Translations under genes and position numbers: made by a program | In this document: in pieces, positions 39,655 to 48,558 of the stretch | How the letters are laid out: each line of letters opens with the position of its first letter | How positions within the stretch are numbered: position 1 is the first letter of the stretch | Source: Candidatus Harrisonbacteria bacterium | GTDB lineage: Bacteria; Patescibacteriota; Minisyncoccia; UBA6257; UBA11618 | DNA: 64,000 bases | Assembly: GCA_016867415.1 (NCBI GenBank) | Contig: VGJO01000002.1 | Coordinates: forward strand, 6,835 to 70,834 | Reading direction: 5' to 3' | Notes under the pieces: model-generated | Database searches by the model: none | What the model was told of the DNA's origin: nothing | The model's input: only the letters and a program-made list of their open reading frames with translations

Positions 39655-40746
39655 ATGTCCGCCCTCTACCGCAAATACCGTCCGCAAAAATTCTCCGACC
39701 TCCTCGGCCAGTCTGATCTTGTGACTGTAATGATAAACACGACTAAATTAGACCGCTTCGCTCACGCCTATATCTTCTATGGCACCCGTGGCACAGGCAA
39801 GACCTCCGTCGCCCGCCTCGTGGCCAAAACCGCCAATTGCACCGACCTCGAGTATAAGAAAAAGCACGGCGAAGCCTGTGATGCCTGTGATGCCTGCATG
39901 AAAATCAATCAAGGTGTCACCCTCGACATCTTCGAGATCGATGGCGCGAGCAACCGCGGCATCGATGAGATCCGCGAACTAAAGGAAAAAATCCGCGTCT
40001 CCCCTGCCTTCCTCCGCTACAAGATCTTCATTATTGATGAAGCCCACATGCTCACGACCCCCGCCTGGAACGCCCTCCTCAAAGTCTTTGAAGAGCCGCC
40101 CGCCCACGCGATCTTCATCCTCGCCACTACTGAGTTTGAAAAAATCCCCAAGACCATCCTCTCCCGCGCCCAACGCTACTTCTTCAAGCCACAAGGTATC
40201 AAAGAAATCTCCGAAAAGCTCCTTACAATCACAAAAGAAGAAAAAATCAACGCCGATAAAGACGCCTTGGAGCTCATCGCCACTTTTGCCGATGGCAGCT
40301 TCCGCGACGCCGAGTCTCTCCTCGATCAGCTCCGCTCCCTTGCCCCCACCCTTACCAAAGATGTGATCGAGGAAGCCCTCGGCCGCCTCGGCCCTGCAAG
40401 CATCCGCGAGCTCGCCCTCGCTATCTGTAAAAACGATCTGAAAAATTCCCTCGCTCTCGTCAAGAAATATGCCAGGGATGGCGTGAACTTCCCCGATCTC
40501 ATCCGCGAGCTTATTGAGCTTCTCCGCCTCGCTCTCACCCTCCATCTCGCCCCCGCACTCGAAAGCGATCTTATCGTCGATTTTGGTGAGACGGAAAGCG
40601 CAATTATCAAAGAATTAGCCACTCTCTGCCTTCCCGAAAAAATTTCTCCACTTCTAAAAGGTCTCATCGCGGCCTACGAAGAAAGTGGTACCACCCCTTT
40701 TCCCCAGCTTTCCCTTGAACTCGCCCTCATCGAAAACATAAAATAA
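39655..40746 (+). CDS. dnaX: DNA polymerase III gamma/tau (short form)
   Basis: ALYRKYRP, GTRGTGKT, EIDGASN, IIDEAHML. Confidence 0.97.
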   Translation: MSALYRKYRPQKFSDLLGQSDLVTVMINTTKLDRFAHAYIFYGTRGTGKTSVARLVAKTANCTDLEYKKKHGEACDACDACMKINQGVTLDIFEIDGASNRGIDEIRELKEKIRVSPAFLRYKIFIIDEAHMLTTPAWNALLKVFEEPPAHAIFILATTEFEKIPKTILSRAQRYFFKPQGIKEISEKLLTITKEEKINADKDALELIATFADGSFRDAESLLDQLRSLAPTLTKDVIEEALGRLGPASIRELALAICKNDLKNSLALVKKYARDGVNFPDLIRELIELLRLALTLHLAPALESDLIVDFGETESAIIKELATLCLPEKISPLLKGLIAAYEESGTTPFPQLSLELALIENIK

Positions 40747-40823
40747 ATATTCGTTATAAATATATAAAAAGAAAGAAAAAAAACCAGCCACACTAGCCGG
40801 TTTTTGTTTTTTTGAAGAGTTTC

Positions 40824-41240
40824 TCACACTCGCCCAAAATCATCTTCCTTTCGCTCAATATCCTCCTCACTCAAAACCTTTCCCCAAGCATACTCGATGA
40901 CAATAAGTGGTTGATAGGAAGAAGTATTGATGAGGCGATGCCAGATCTTGGGACGAACATAAAAACCATCCTCGCTCTGTCCGTGGAAAGCAAATTTATG
41001 GCCATCAATAAAAGCCACACCTTCCCCAGAAGCCGGAATCCAGAATTCACTTCGGAAGTGATGTCTCTGGAGGGAAAGCCTTTTTTGTGGATTTACTTCC
41101 AGGGTCTTAATCCAGTACTGTCTCCCAAAAAATGAAAAATCCCAAATAGAAAAAGACCCCCACAGCGTCAAAACCTTTCTATCCGGCGGCCGTCCGATCG
41201 GAAATATTAGTTGCAAAATTTCCTCCAGAGTTTGAGACAT
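40824..41240 (-). CDS. cupin, mannose-6-phosphate isomerase type II C-terminal-like
   Basis: WGSF, RLSLQRHHFRSEFW, HRL.N, EEDIERKEDDFGR. Confidence 0.88.
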   Translation of the reverse strand: MSQTLEEILQLIFPIGRPPDRKVLTLWGSFSIWDFSFFGRQYWIKTLEVNPQKRLSLQRHHFRSEFWIPASGEGVAFIDGHKFAFHGQSEDGFYVRPKIWHRLINTSSYQPLIVIEYAWGKVLSEEDIERKEDDFGRV

Positions 41241-41352
41241 GGGAAAATTCTCCTTATGTTTTCAATTTGCCTGATTAGTAAATCCGTTCACTAAAAACAA
41301 ATTAATAATAGTCGAGATAGGTATTTTTTTCAATTTTATTCTAAATATTAGC

Positions 41353-41392
41353 TTATCCACAAGTACATATTGTATATAAATACACCTATAAT
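41353..41392 (+). promoter_or_regulatory. lexA upstream region: DnaA box, TGTAT-N4-ATACA palindrome, TATAAT
   Basis: TTATCCACA 41353; palindrome 41371-41384; -10 at 41387. Confidence 0.5.
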
Positions 41393-41436
41393 TAAGATAT
41401 ATGTATTATATTCTTAATAAGACAAAGTAAATAAAC

Positions 41437-42117
41437 ATGAAAAGACTCCTCCTCACCAAAAATCAAAAGCAAATTCTCCATTTTATCAAGAGCCAGATCC
41501 AGCTCAAAGGCTCCGCTCCGACGATCGCCGAAATGCGAAGTAAATTTGGCTATGCCTCTCCACGAAGCGTCACTCAATACCTCATCTCCCTTGAAAAAAA
41601 AGGTCTTATTAAGCGCGGCCGCTATGCCATACGAGGCATCGAAGTAGTAGCCCCGATCGAGTATGCCGGAGAATCAGTCGAGATCCCGGTGATCGCCTCC
41701 GCCGGTTGCGACAATATGAGCGTCTTTGCCGAGCAGGGCTTTGGTGACTATATCTGTGTTCCCAAGTCTCTCCTTCACGGTTTCCGCCAAGAAAACATTG
41801 TCTGCCTCCGGGCCATGGGTGACTCCATGGATGAAGCCGGGATCAACGACAGCGACTGTGTCTTGACTGAGATGACGAGCGAAGTTGCAAACGGCGACAT
41901 TGTGGTCGCCGTCGTTGATGGATTTGGCGTGATCAAAAGAATTGAGATGGCCAACAACGCCATCATCCTCCACCCCGTCTCAAAAAATCCCACCTACCGC
42001 CCCATCATCGTCAACAAAAATATCAAGATCTTCGGCCGAGTGATTGATGTCCTCCGTGAACCCCGCCAGGGTGGCTCAGAAATAGAAATTGTCCCCCTCT
42101 ATCCCGCTTTAGATTAA
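41437..42117 (+). CDS. lexA: SOS repressor LexA
   Basis: wHTH (LT..Q, PTIAE, LEKKGLI), Ala-Gly site, GDSM, IKR. Confidence 0.93.
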   Translation: MKRLLLTKNQKQILHFIKSQIQLKGSAPTIAEMRSKFGYASPRSVTQYLISLEKKGLIKRGRYAIRGIEVVAPIEYAGESVEIPVIASAGCDNMSVFAEQGFGDYICVPKSLLHGFRQENIVCLRAMGDSMDEAGINDSDCVLTEMTSEVANGDIVVAVVDGFGVIKRIEMANNAIILHPVSKNPTYRPIIVNKNIKIFGRVIDVLREPRQGGSEIEIVPLYPALD

Positions 42118-42395
42118 TAAAATTTCTAATCTTCATAAATATTTTATCAAAAAGATAATTATGTCAGTCCCGCGCAGGATTTTTTTCCCTTTGATGAGCC
42201 TCCGCTATTACTAGACATACCTAGTTAATATATATTGCAAAAAGTGAGCACTCTCTCTGCCATAGGTTTCGAGTTCTCGAGGGATAAGATGAGTAAACGG
42301 ATCAGCGACATACGACAAACGCCAAAAGAATAAAAAAGACTCTAACAGATTTTTTAAATCTATTAGAGTCTCGAGAAACCCAGGCCTCCACCCTC

Positions 42396-42824
42396 TCAAG
42401 CCACTCTTATGGTCGGATCTTGAGGCAAGGTCACCGTTTCCTCCTGACTCGGCTGGGATTGAGCCATAGAAACAGATAGGCTAGGGTTGTCCTTTAGCTC
42501 TGTTCGTAGAATGATTACTGTTTTCGGGGCTTTTATTCCGAGCTTAGCAAACCCGAATCCGATCTTAACGACCGTCGCTTCTACGTTCCCACCAATAATG
42601 ATTTTCTCTTTGAGCTTCCTTGTTAATATTATTTGAGATGATCCCTCTCCACCCGAAGTGGATCTTCCATTGCCCGGAGCAACGAGCTCTCCTCGAAGGA
42701 TTGAGACAGAGAGCGGCGCTTCTATGAGAAGCACCACCCGGCGTCCTTTGACTGCGTTGACCTTTATGAAGATATCGTTTCCAATCTTTATCTTTTCACC
42801 AATCTTCCTTGATAGTACAAGCAC
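42396..42824 (-). CDS. csrA: tandem two-domain CsrA/RsmA-family RNA-binding protein
   Basis: MLVLSRKIGEKIKIG..IEAP..ILRGEL and IILTRKLKEKIIIG..LGIKAP..ILRTEL; GTG start with GGAGG. Confidence 0.88.
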   Translation of the reverse strand: MLVLSRKIGEKIKIGNDIFIKVNAVKGRRVVLLIEAPLSVSILRGELVAPGNGRSTSGGEGSSQIILTRKLKEKIIIGGNVEATVVKIGFGFAKLGIKAPKTVIILRTELKDNPSLSVSMAQSQPSQEETVTLPQDPTIRVA

Positions 42825-42901
42825 GTTTCCTCCCTATGAGAAAAAAGAGTATTGCTAATTCAGTTTTTAAAGCAACGACGAAGCTACAAGCTTCATATAA
42901 G

Positions 42902-42930
42902 AGTATAGCATGCTACGTATTCAATGTCAA
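42902..42930 (-). promoter_or_regulatory. sigma70 promoter of tandem csrA
   Basis: TTGACA-N17-TATACT with extended -10 TG. Confidence 0.75.
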
Positions 42931-42985
42931 ATTGAAAAGACCAAAAAAAGATTATAAAATAGGTTTTTCCACTCGTTTTCTACAG

Positions 42986-43459
42986 CTACCCCTTGACAAG
43001 CGTCTTGATGAAAGAAACCACCTCGCCGACATGCGTCGCCGGTGTCACCTTCTCCCACTTCTTCACCACCTTCCCTTTTTGGTCAATGAGAAAGGTGTTG
43101 CGGGAGGTCCCCATATACTTTTGTCCCATCATTGTCTTCTCTCCCCACGAATCCATTTTTTCAATAAGAATATGCTCCGGATCCGAGAGGAGGGTGAATG
43201 GTAATTTCTTCTCCTCGCAAAATTTCGCGTGTGACTTCACGCTATCCTTTGATACTCCTACTACTCTCACTCCAAGCTTTTTTAGTTCCGTGACCGAATC
43301 CCGAAATCCTTCCGCCTCCACCGTACATCCCGGCGTATTATCCTTTGGATAAAAATACAGCACTAAAAACTCCTGACTCAAAAGGTCTTGAAGCTTCACC
43401 TCCCGTCCCTGCTCATCCTGCAAACTAACATTTTTTGGCAATACCTCTCCTTCTTTCAT
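42986..43459 (-). CDS. bcp: peroxiredoxin Bcp/PrxQ
   Basis: LYFYPKDNTPGCTVEA, SHAKF, LLSD, RNTFLID. Confidence 0.95.
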   Translation of the reverse strand: MKEGEVLPKNVSLQDEQGREVKLQDLLSQEFLVLYFYPKDNTPGCTVEAEGFRDSVTELKKLGVRVVGVSKDSVKSHAKFCEEKKLPFTLLSDPEHILIEKMDSWGEKTMMGQKYMGTSRNTFLIDQKGKVVKKWEKVTPATHVGEVVSFIKTLVKG

Positions 43460-43649
43460 AATTCATTATATGTTCGATTTTTAATTAAAACAGTATTAAG
43501 GAAAATTTACTCCTCAAATTTATCAAATTTTATTCGCATATTTATAGCAGGACAATTAAATTTCTAAAGTCACATAAGGTACTTCGTGTAGTGACATGAA
43601 GCGCTTGAGACTTCTAATTTTGTGGTAACGAAAAAGAAGCTCTAAGCGG

Positions 43650-43720
43650 CTGCCGGACTTGGATTCGAACCAAGATACTCGCCTCCAAAGGGCGATGTCC
43701 TGCCGTTAGACGATCCGGCA
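43650..43720 (-). tRNA. tRNA-Gln(UUG), CCA not fully encoded
   Basis: TGCCGGA acceptor, TCGCC-CT-TTG-GA-GGCGA, GGTTCGAATCC. Confidence 0.94.
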
Positions 43721-43788
43721 AAAAAATAACAAAAAACCATAAAAATTGTACGATTTTTTGACCAAAAAAGCAAAGCTACCAAAATATT

Positions 43789-44093
43789 ATGAGACAATCC
43801 GTTGCTGCTATTTTAATCAGTACTGAAGGTGAAATTATTCTCCAAGAACGGGATAATAAGCCTGGCATCGCCCAACCCGGTAAAGTCAACAACTTGGGGG
43901 TGGTATGGAAGCTGGCGAAGAACCACTCTACTCAATCGTCCGAGAAATAAAAGAAGAATTAAGCATTCAGCTCCCGAAAGACCGTTTCACCTTCCTTGGA
44001 TCCTATATCATGAAAAGCTCTCTCGATAAAAAAGGGAAAAGTCAACAAAAAACCCGTTACTCGAAAAAAGTAACGGGTTTATTTTTTATCTGA
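43789..44093 (+). pseudogene. frameshifted and 3'-truncated NUDIX hydrolase
   Basis: MRQSVAAIL..LQERD..PGKV frame joins GGMEAGEEPLYSIVREIKEEL Nudix box if G5 run at 43896-43900 were G6. Confidence 0.8.
44047..44087. terminator. bidirectional terminator-like hairpin
   Basis: aaaaaacccgttac...gtaacgggttt. Confidence 0.7.
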
Positions 44094-44102
44094 AAGGAAA
44101 AA

Positions 44103-44879
44103 TCACGAAGTCTTCCCATCATTTCGCCCGGAGACCTTGTTGCTCAGACCTCCCAAAATATCAGAAAGTCGAGCAATGTAAGGCATCATAGGACAAAAAA
44201 TTTCTTTCGAATCCAGATGTTCATCCGGGGTTGCTATTATGTCTCGAATAACATTAATAATCCGAGACATCATTTCTTTGTATACCTCAAAATCAACCCG
44301 ATTTATTTCTCCAAAGCATGAGGGTAATTCTGACATCTCGTATGCAAAGAAAGAGTCAATCGCCTGCGAACCAACTAAAAACATCGGTCGGGGATTTTTC
44401 GAATCAAATTGGATGAGATCAAGAGGTGAGTAAGAGACCTCCGGATCTCTGGCGCCAGACATGATGACTCCTGATTGGGTTTCAAGCACCAATCTTCTTT
44501 CATGAGAAATGAGATAAAGCGGTGGAAGAGCCAAGAAAGAAAAGTGAATCTTTTGAAGCCTTTCCCTCATCCTTCTCCGCAAGGTGATGATTGGCAGAAA
44601 CGGCAGTTCCATGCTCCTCTTATGGCCCATTTCCTCAATGTGAGAAAGAAAGAGAAAATCCTCAAATGTTGGCGCCTTATCTGCCACTTTAGCGCAGTGA
44701 AGATAGGGTGCCAACATCCTTTTCTCAAAGCAGCCGCTCCCTCCCATATAGGAAGAGATATCCACATTCGGAATATGAAGCATTCCCCACCATTCATTCT
44801 GCTCTTCTCGAAGAACTTTCTGTTTTCTGCAAAAACTAGCAAATGCATGAGCTTCCGCCGTAAAAGTCGTCGGTTTCAT
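44103..44879 (-). CDS. hypothetical orphan protein
   Basis: 258-aa ORF, TAGGAG SD, boxA-like TGTTCTTTAAC upstream. Confidence 0.65.
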   Translation of the reverse strand: MKPTTFTAEAHAFASFCRKQKVLREEQNEWWGMLHIPNVDISSYMGGSGCFEKRMLAPYLHCAKVADKAPTFEDFLFLSHIEEMGHKRSMELPFLPIITLRRRMRERLQKIHFSFLALPPLYLISHERRLVLETQSGVIMSGARDPEVSYSPLDLIQFDSKNPRPMFLVGSQAIDSFFAYEMSELPSCFGEINRVDFEVYKEMMSRIINVIRDIIATPDEHLDSKEIFCPMMPYIARLSDILGGLSNKVSGRNDGKTS

Positions 44880-45088
44880 GAGAATCTCCTATGGGAAAGG
44901 TTAAAGAACATCAATAAACTCACAGGCACATAAAAAATAATATAAAAGCAGATTTTTGTAAAGTGAATGAAAAAATTAACTAATCGGCGGCCGTCGATTG
45001 GATAAGTAAAAAGAAAAAGAGAGGGAAAGAGGATCAAACTGTCATAGCTAACACTAAAATATATTTACAAAATATATATCTTTCAAAA

Positions 45089-45470
45089 GGGAAGCCGATA
45101 AGCCGGATTCTGTCATAATCTAATAAAAGATTATGGGATGGCAATTTGTCTATGCGGCACTCCCAGCATCACTTTTTATTCCTCATGAGGAATAAAAAGT
45201 GATGCTGGGCACGGCCTTGCACTCAGGTAAGGGTTTAGCCGTTTCATCAGAGAAATATGAGACTTCTTTCTCTGCTGGAGGCAAGATCTCTCCTCCGCGA
45301 TTTCTTTTCAAAAACCACCGTCTCTGTTCGCACCTCGAGCTTAGGAGGTTGCCCTCCCTATACCGACAGGCTTACACCTGCTACCCATTACTACAAAGAT
45401 TACTCCTCATAGTGAGTGTCCGGACTTTCCTCAGCAAAGCTTACGCTCTGCCGTAACCATCAAGCTTCCC
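45089..45470 (-). ncRNA. rnpB: RNase P RNA
   Basis: minus strand has GAGGAAAGTCCGGAC and ACAGAATCCGGCTTAT (P4 halves); GGGAAGC/GCTTCCC P1. Confidence 0.95.
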
Positions 45471-45616
45471 AATTTTTAATATATCACATTTAAAGAATAT
45501 AGTCTATAGATAAAATTTGGGGGTGGCGTATGCCACCCCCAGGAAAAAGAGTTCGCGACCTCAAGAGAAAAATCTCAAAGAAGTTAATGCCCTCACCCTC
45601 CTCCCTTATAGAAACA

Positions 45617-46018
45617 TTATAAGGCATCGAGCACTTCGTTTACGAGCTTATCTGCCACCTTATTTTGCTCTCTCCTCACATGAGTAAACGTCACCACTTT
45701 AAACTTCGCCCGCAAAGCCTGGATCTCATCCCAAAAGACCTTAAGATGAGCCTGCTTCACTTTGTATTCCCGATTTAGTTGCTTCACCACGAGCTCCGAA
45801 TCTAAAAAAAATTGAAGTCCATACTCATCCTTCTTTTCTTTCACTATTTTCCCCGCCTCGGTCAAAGCAAAAATAACCGCCCGATACTCCGCCTCATTAT
45901 TTGTCGTCTCACCAATATATTCCTTATAATGCCGATCATCAATCGTGACCCCGATCGCCGCCGGACCTGGATTCCCCCGCGCGCCCCCATCAGTATAAAT
46001 AACTAATTTCTTTTGCAT
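45617..46018 (-). CDS. rnhA: ribonuclease HI
   Basis: YTDGGARGNPG, TNNEAEY, DSELV, HVRREQN..AD. Confidence 0.95.
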   Translation of the reverse strand: MQKKLVIYTDGGARGNPGPAAIGVTIDDRHYKEYIGETTNNEAEYRAVIFALTEAGKIVKEKKDEYGLQFFLDSELVVKQLNREYKVKQAHLKVFWDEIQALRAKFKVVTFTHVRREQNKVADKLVNEVLDAL

Positions 46019-46084
46019 ATAATAAAGTTCTTATAAATAATTAATTCTTTTTAAGAGTAACAGTACAAGCTAAAAAAGTAGAAC

Positions 46085-46278
46085 ACAGGATTTTTGAACT
46101 TCTTTTTGTTCTTCTTTCCTAAAAAGGTACTAAGAGCTACCTGCGGGAAGTTTATGAGAAACATCCTTAGAAAAAAAGATGGGCCTCCACTACTTCTAGA
46201 TTAAAAAAAGAAGAAAGAGAAGCATCAGCTAAGATGGGGTCGGCTACACAAGCAAAAGAAGGCAAAAGTATGAGCGTC
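46085..46278 (+). repeat. dispersed palindromic element, expanded/degenerate copy G
   Basis: caggatttttg..gtactaagagcta..ctgcgggaagt..gcaaaagtatgagcgtc. Confidence 0.65.
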
Positions 46279-46285
46279 AAATAAT

Positions 46286-47158
46286 TTAAAGATGCTTCCA
46301 GGGAAGAGGCCGTCCCCTAAGTAACCGAAAGCCCGCAGCCGCCGGATGTCCACCACCATTATACTTTTCCGCAATCTTTGCCACATCTATCTTTCCATCC
46401 GCCTTTGCTCTAAGTGACACCCCAATCTGATCCTTAAAATCAAAATAAATAATCGCTATTCCCCCATATTTTTCATAGAGCCGCTCCCCCAAACGCGAAG
46501 CAAAAAAGTGCGGCGCGTTCACCGCCCATCCTTTCACTCCCTCAAAGCTTATGGGATATGCTTCAAGCAAAAGATCATCCAAAATTTTTTCCTGAAAGCC
46601 ATATAGGTACTTCCCCTGCGCCACAATCTTTTTCCTCCCCTCCGCTCGCTCATACTGCCGAGCAATCTTGTCCCAAGTCGCAAAATCCCATTTCTGTGTT
46701 TTGAGATAAAAATGAAGAAATTTTGCCTCCTCCACATATTTCCCTTTCCAAAGATCTCCGTCCTGGACCACCTTCACAAACCGCGGAACAGTTTTCTTTG
46801 GATGAAAATATGGGAAAGCCAGCCCCGCTCCTGAGTGAGTTAAATCAAACACATTTTCCGTAAAAAAATCCTTATACTTTTCTGCCGACACGTGGTGATC
46901 AATAAAGATTACCTTGATCCCGCTATCTCGAAGCCATTCCATCCGCTCTTTGATAAACGAGTAATCAATGAGATACACTTCGTTGTATTTCCTCTCCGTC
47001 ACTTCTTTGGGAATCTCTTCCCGATTGAAACAAGCAAAATACTCCGCCCTCTTCCCAAACTTCTTCCAGGCCGCAAAAGCCCCTGTCATCCCATCTTCAC
47101 ATCCCCCGTGATAGAGTACTGCGGGCTTCTTCACCTTCTTATCTTCTGTCCGCTTCAT
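46286..47158 (-). CDS. DHH/DHHA1 family phosphoesterase
   Basis: YH..CEDG, IDHH, DLW, SLR, GGGHPAAAGF. Confidence 0.92.
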   Translation of the reverse strand: MKRTEDKKVKKPAVLYHGGCEDGMTGAFAAWKKFGKRAEYFACFNREEIPKEVTERKYNEVYLIDYSFIKERMEWLRDSGIKVIFIDHHVSAEKYKDFFTENVFDLTHSGAGLAFPYFHPKKTVPRFVKVVQDGDLWKGKYVEEAKFLHFYLKTQKWDFATWDKIARQYERAEGRKKIVAQGKYLYGFQEKILDDLLLEAYPISFEGVKGWAVNAPHFFASRLGERLYEKYGGIAIIYFDFKDQIGVSLRAKADGKIDVAKIAEKYNGGGHPAAAGFRLLRGRPLPWKHL

Positions 47159-47165
47159 ATCAAAT

Positions 47166-47441
47166 CTATCTTCCTAAAAATCTTTTCTCCAATATCTCTA
47201 TTCTATCTTTTAAAGCTTCATACTCATGCCGATAAATAATATTCTGAAGATTTTTACGAATAGCAATAATTTCCATTTCTAAAGAATCCACTTTTATTTC
47301 GAGAGAATCAATTTTTTTCTCTAATTTTTCTTCCATATTATCCATTCTTTCATTCTCATTAAAAAAACCCTCCTGTGTCATCTGCGCGAGAGTATGCATT
47401 ATCTCTCCCAAGCCTCCTAAAGTCATTTTTTCCGAAGCCAT
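47166..47441 (-). CDS. small coiled-coil hypothetical protein
   Basis: heptad repeats KIDSLE/KVDSLE. Confidence 0.65.
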   Translation of the reverse strand: MASEKMTLGGLGEIMHTLAQMTQEGFFNENERMDNMEEKLEKKIDSLEIKVDSLEMEIIAIRKNLQNIIYRHEYEALKDRIEILEKRFLGR

Positions 47442-47470
47442 ATTCTACACAATATACACCAAATCCATAT

Positions 47471-47804
47471 AAAAAAGAAAAAACCCCCACGCTGTTAGCA
47501 TGGGGGAATCTGATTGACCACTCTTGCTCTTCAAATTGAGGGGAATGAAAGAACCGAAGAGCGAGAGAGTGTTAGGTTTTGTTCAAGATCGCTTGAACAG
47601 TGGCTTATACTTCCGAAAAGTGGAAGGAGAGACCGCCACACCTGTCATTTAAGAAAGATCTCAGTCATGTCTTCTAGTCTTTAAAAACATAACCGGCGTC
47701 CCAAATTCTCTTGCGAGAGGGGCACGACTTTCGATACCTGCTATTTCAAAAGATTAAAGAGTGGAGTTTTAATATTTCTCTCTTATATACTCTTCACCTT
47801 TTCT
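47471..47804 (-). ncRNA. candidate structured non-coding RNA (~330 nt)
   Basis: bounded by perfect promoter (47811-47839) and intrinsic terminator (47471-47506); many hairpins; only tiny ORFs. Confidence 0.6.
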
Positions 47805-47810
47805 AATATA

Positions 47811-47839
47811 ATTATAGCAAACCATAATAAACTTGTCAA
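47811..47839 (-). promoter_or_regulatory. perfect sigma70 promoter
   Basis: TTGACA-N17-TATAAT with extended -10 TG. Confidence 0.85.
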
Positions 47840-47912
47840 TACAAATCTGCTAAAATCACCAAAAAAGCCCTTAAAATTGGCTTTTTTGGTAGTTTTTATA
47901 TCGATTTTTTAA

Positions 47913-48185
47913 TTATAAAACCGACACTTCCTTAAGATTCCGGGTCCGGCCATCAAACCTGGTCTTTTTTCTATCCTTAAAAGACACTACCCCCGCCTTT
48001 CCGGCATAAAGTGTGTCATCTCCACCCCTTTTTACACCAATTCCCTCTATGTAATGACTTCCTCGCTGCCGAAGGATGATCTGGCCGGGTTCTACTACCT
48101 GTCCATGATTAATTTTGACTCCAAGGCGCTTAGCTCGTGAATCTCTGCCATTTTTAGTACTACCGCCCGATTTAGTTTGTGCCAT
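47913..48185 (-). CDS. rpmA: 50S ribosomal protein L27
   Basis: GGSTKNGRDS..KRLGVK, RQRG, DDTLYA. Confidence 0.97.
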   Translation of the reverse strand: MAQTKSGGSTKNGRDSRAKRLGVKINHGQVVEPGQIILRQRGSHYIEGIGVKRGGDDTLYAGKAGVVSFKDRKKTRFDGRTRNLKEVSVL

Positions 48186-48200
48186 ACCTCTTATATATAC

Positions 48201-48320
48201 GCCTTACTTTTTCGATTAATTTCTACTTTTTTCTTGAGCGGAATCCTCATTTACTCAGCTCTGGTATGCTGCAGCTCCTGCTCAGAAAAAAAGTAGAAAT
48301 TTCCTCGAAAAATTCTATGC
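48201..48320 (-). repeat. dispersed palindromic element, inverted divergent copy H
   Basis: reverse complement reads gaatttttcga..tttctgagcaggagctgcagcatac..gtaaatgagga..gaaaaaag..tcgaaaaagta. Confidence 0.6.
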
Positions 48321-48405
48321 TTAGTTGATTGCTTAGTCCCAAAATTACCTCATTAAAGTAATCTGAGCTTGTTTTTATTGTAGGTTTTATTATATTACAG
48401 AAGAT

Positions 48406-48549
48406 ATGGAAATGTCAAAGGGTCAGATAATAGTTTTCTTTTTGTTTTTCATTCTCGCCTTTATTGGTGGATTTTTTCTCGGCGCTCGTTATGAAGGTAA
48501 AAAAGACCGCGCCCCCATCATTATTGAAAAAGCCACAATAAATCAATAA
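48406..48549 (+). CDS. 47-aa single-TM small protein (below ORF-track cut-off)
   Basis: MEMSKGQIIVFFLFFILAFIGGFFLGARYEGKKDRAPIIIEKATINQ; stop 9 nt before pgk. Confidence 0.6.
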   Translation: MEMSKGQIIVFFLFFILAFIGGFFLGARYEGKKDRAPIIIEKATINQ

Positions 48550-48558
48550 TATAAATAC

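Noticed and set aside
39655-40746. Programmed frameshift extending dnaX to tau
   Set aside because: AT-rich spacer and terminator follow the stop; no downstream frame to shift into.
42211-42399. 62-aa ORF downstream of tandem csrA
   Set aside because: TTG start, no recognisable motif; cannot be supported.
45199-45456. 85-aa ORF on + strand
   Set aside because: Antisense to the RNase P RNA.
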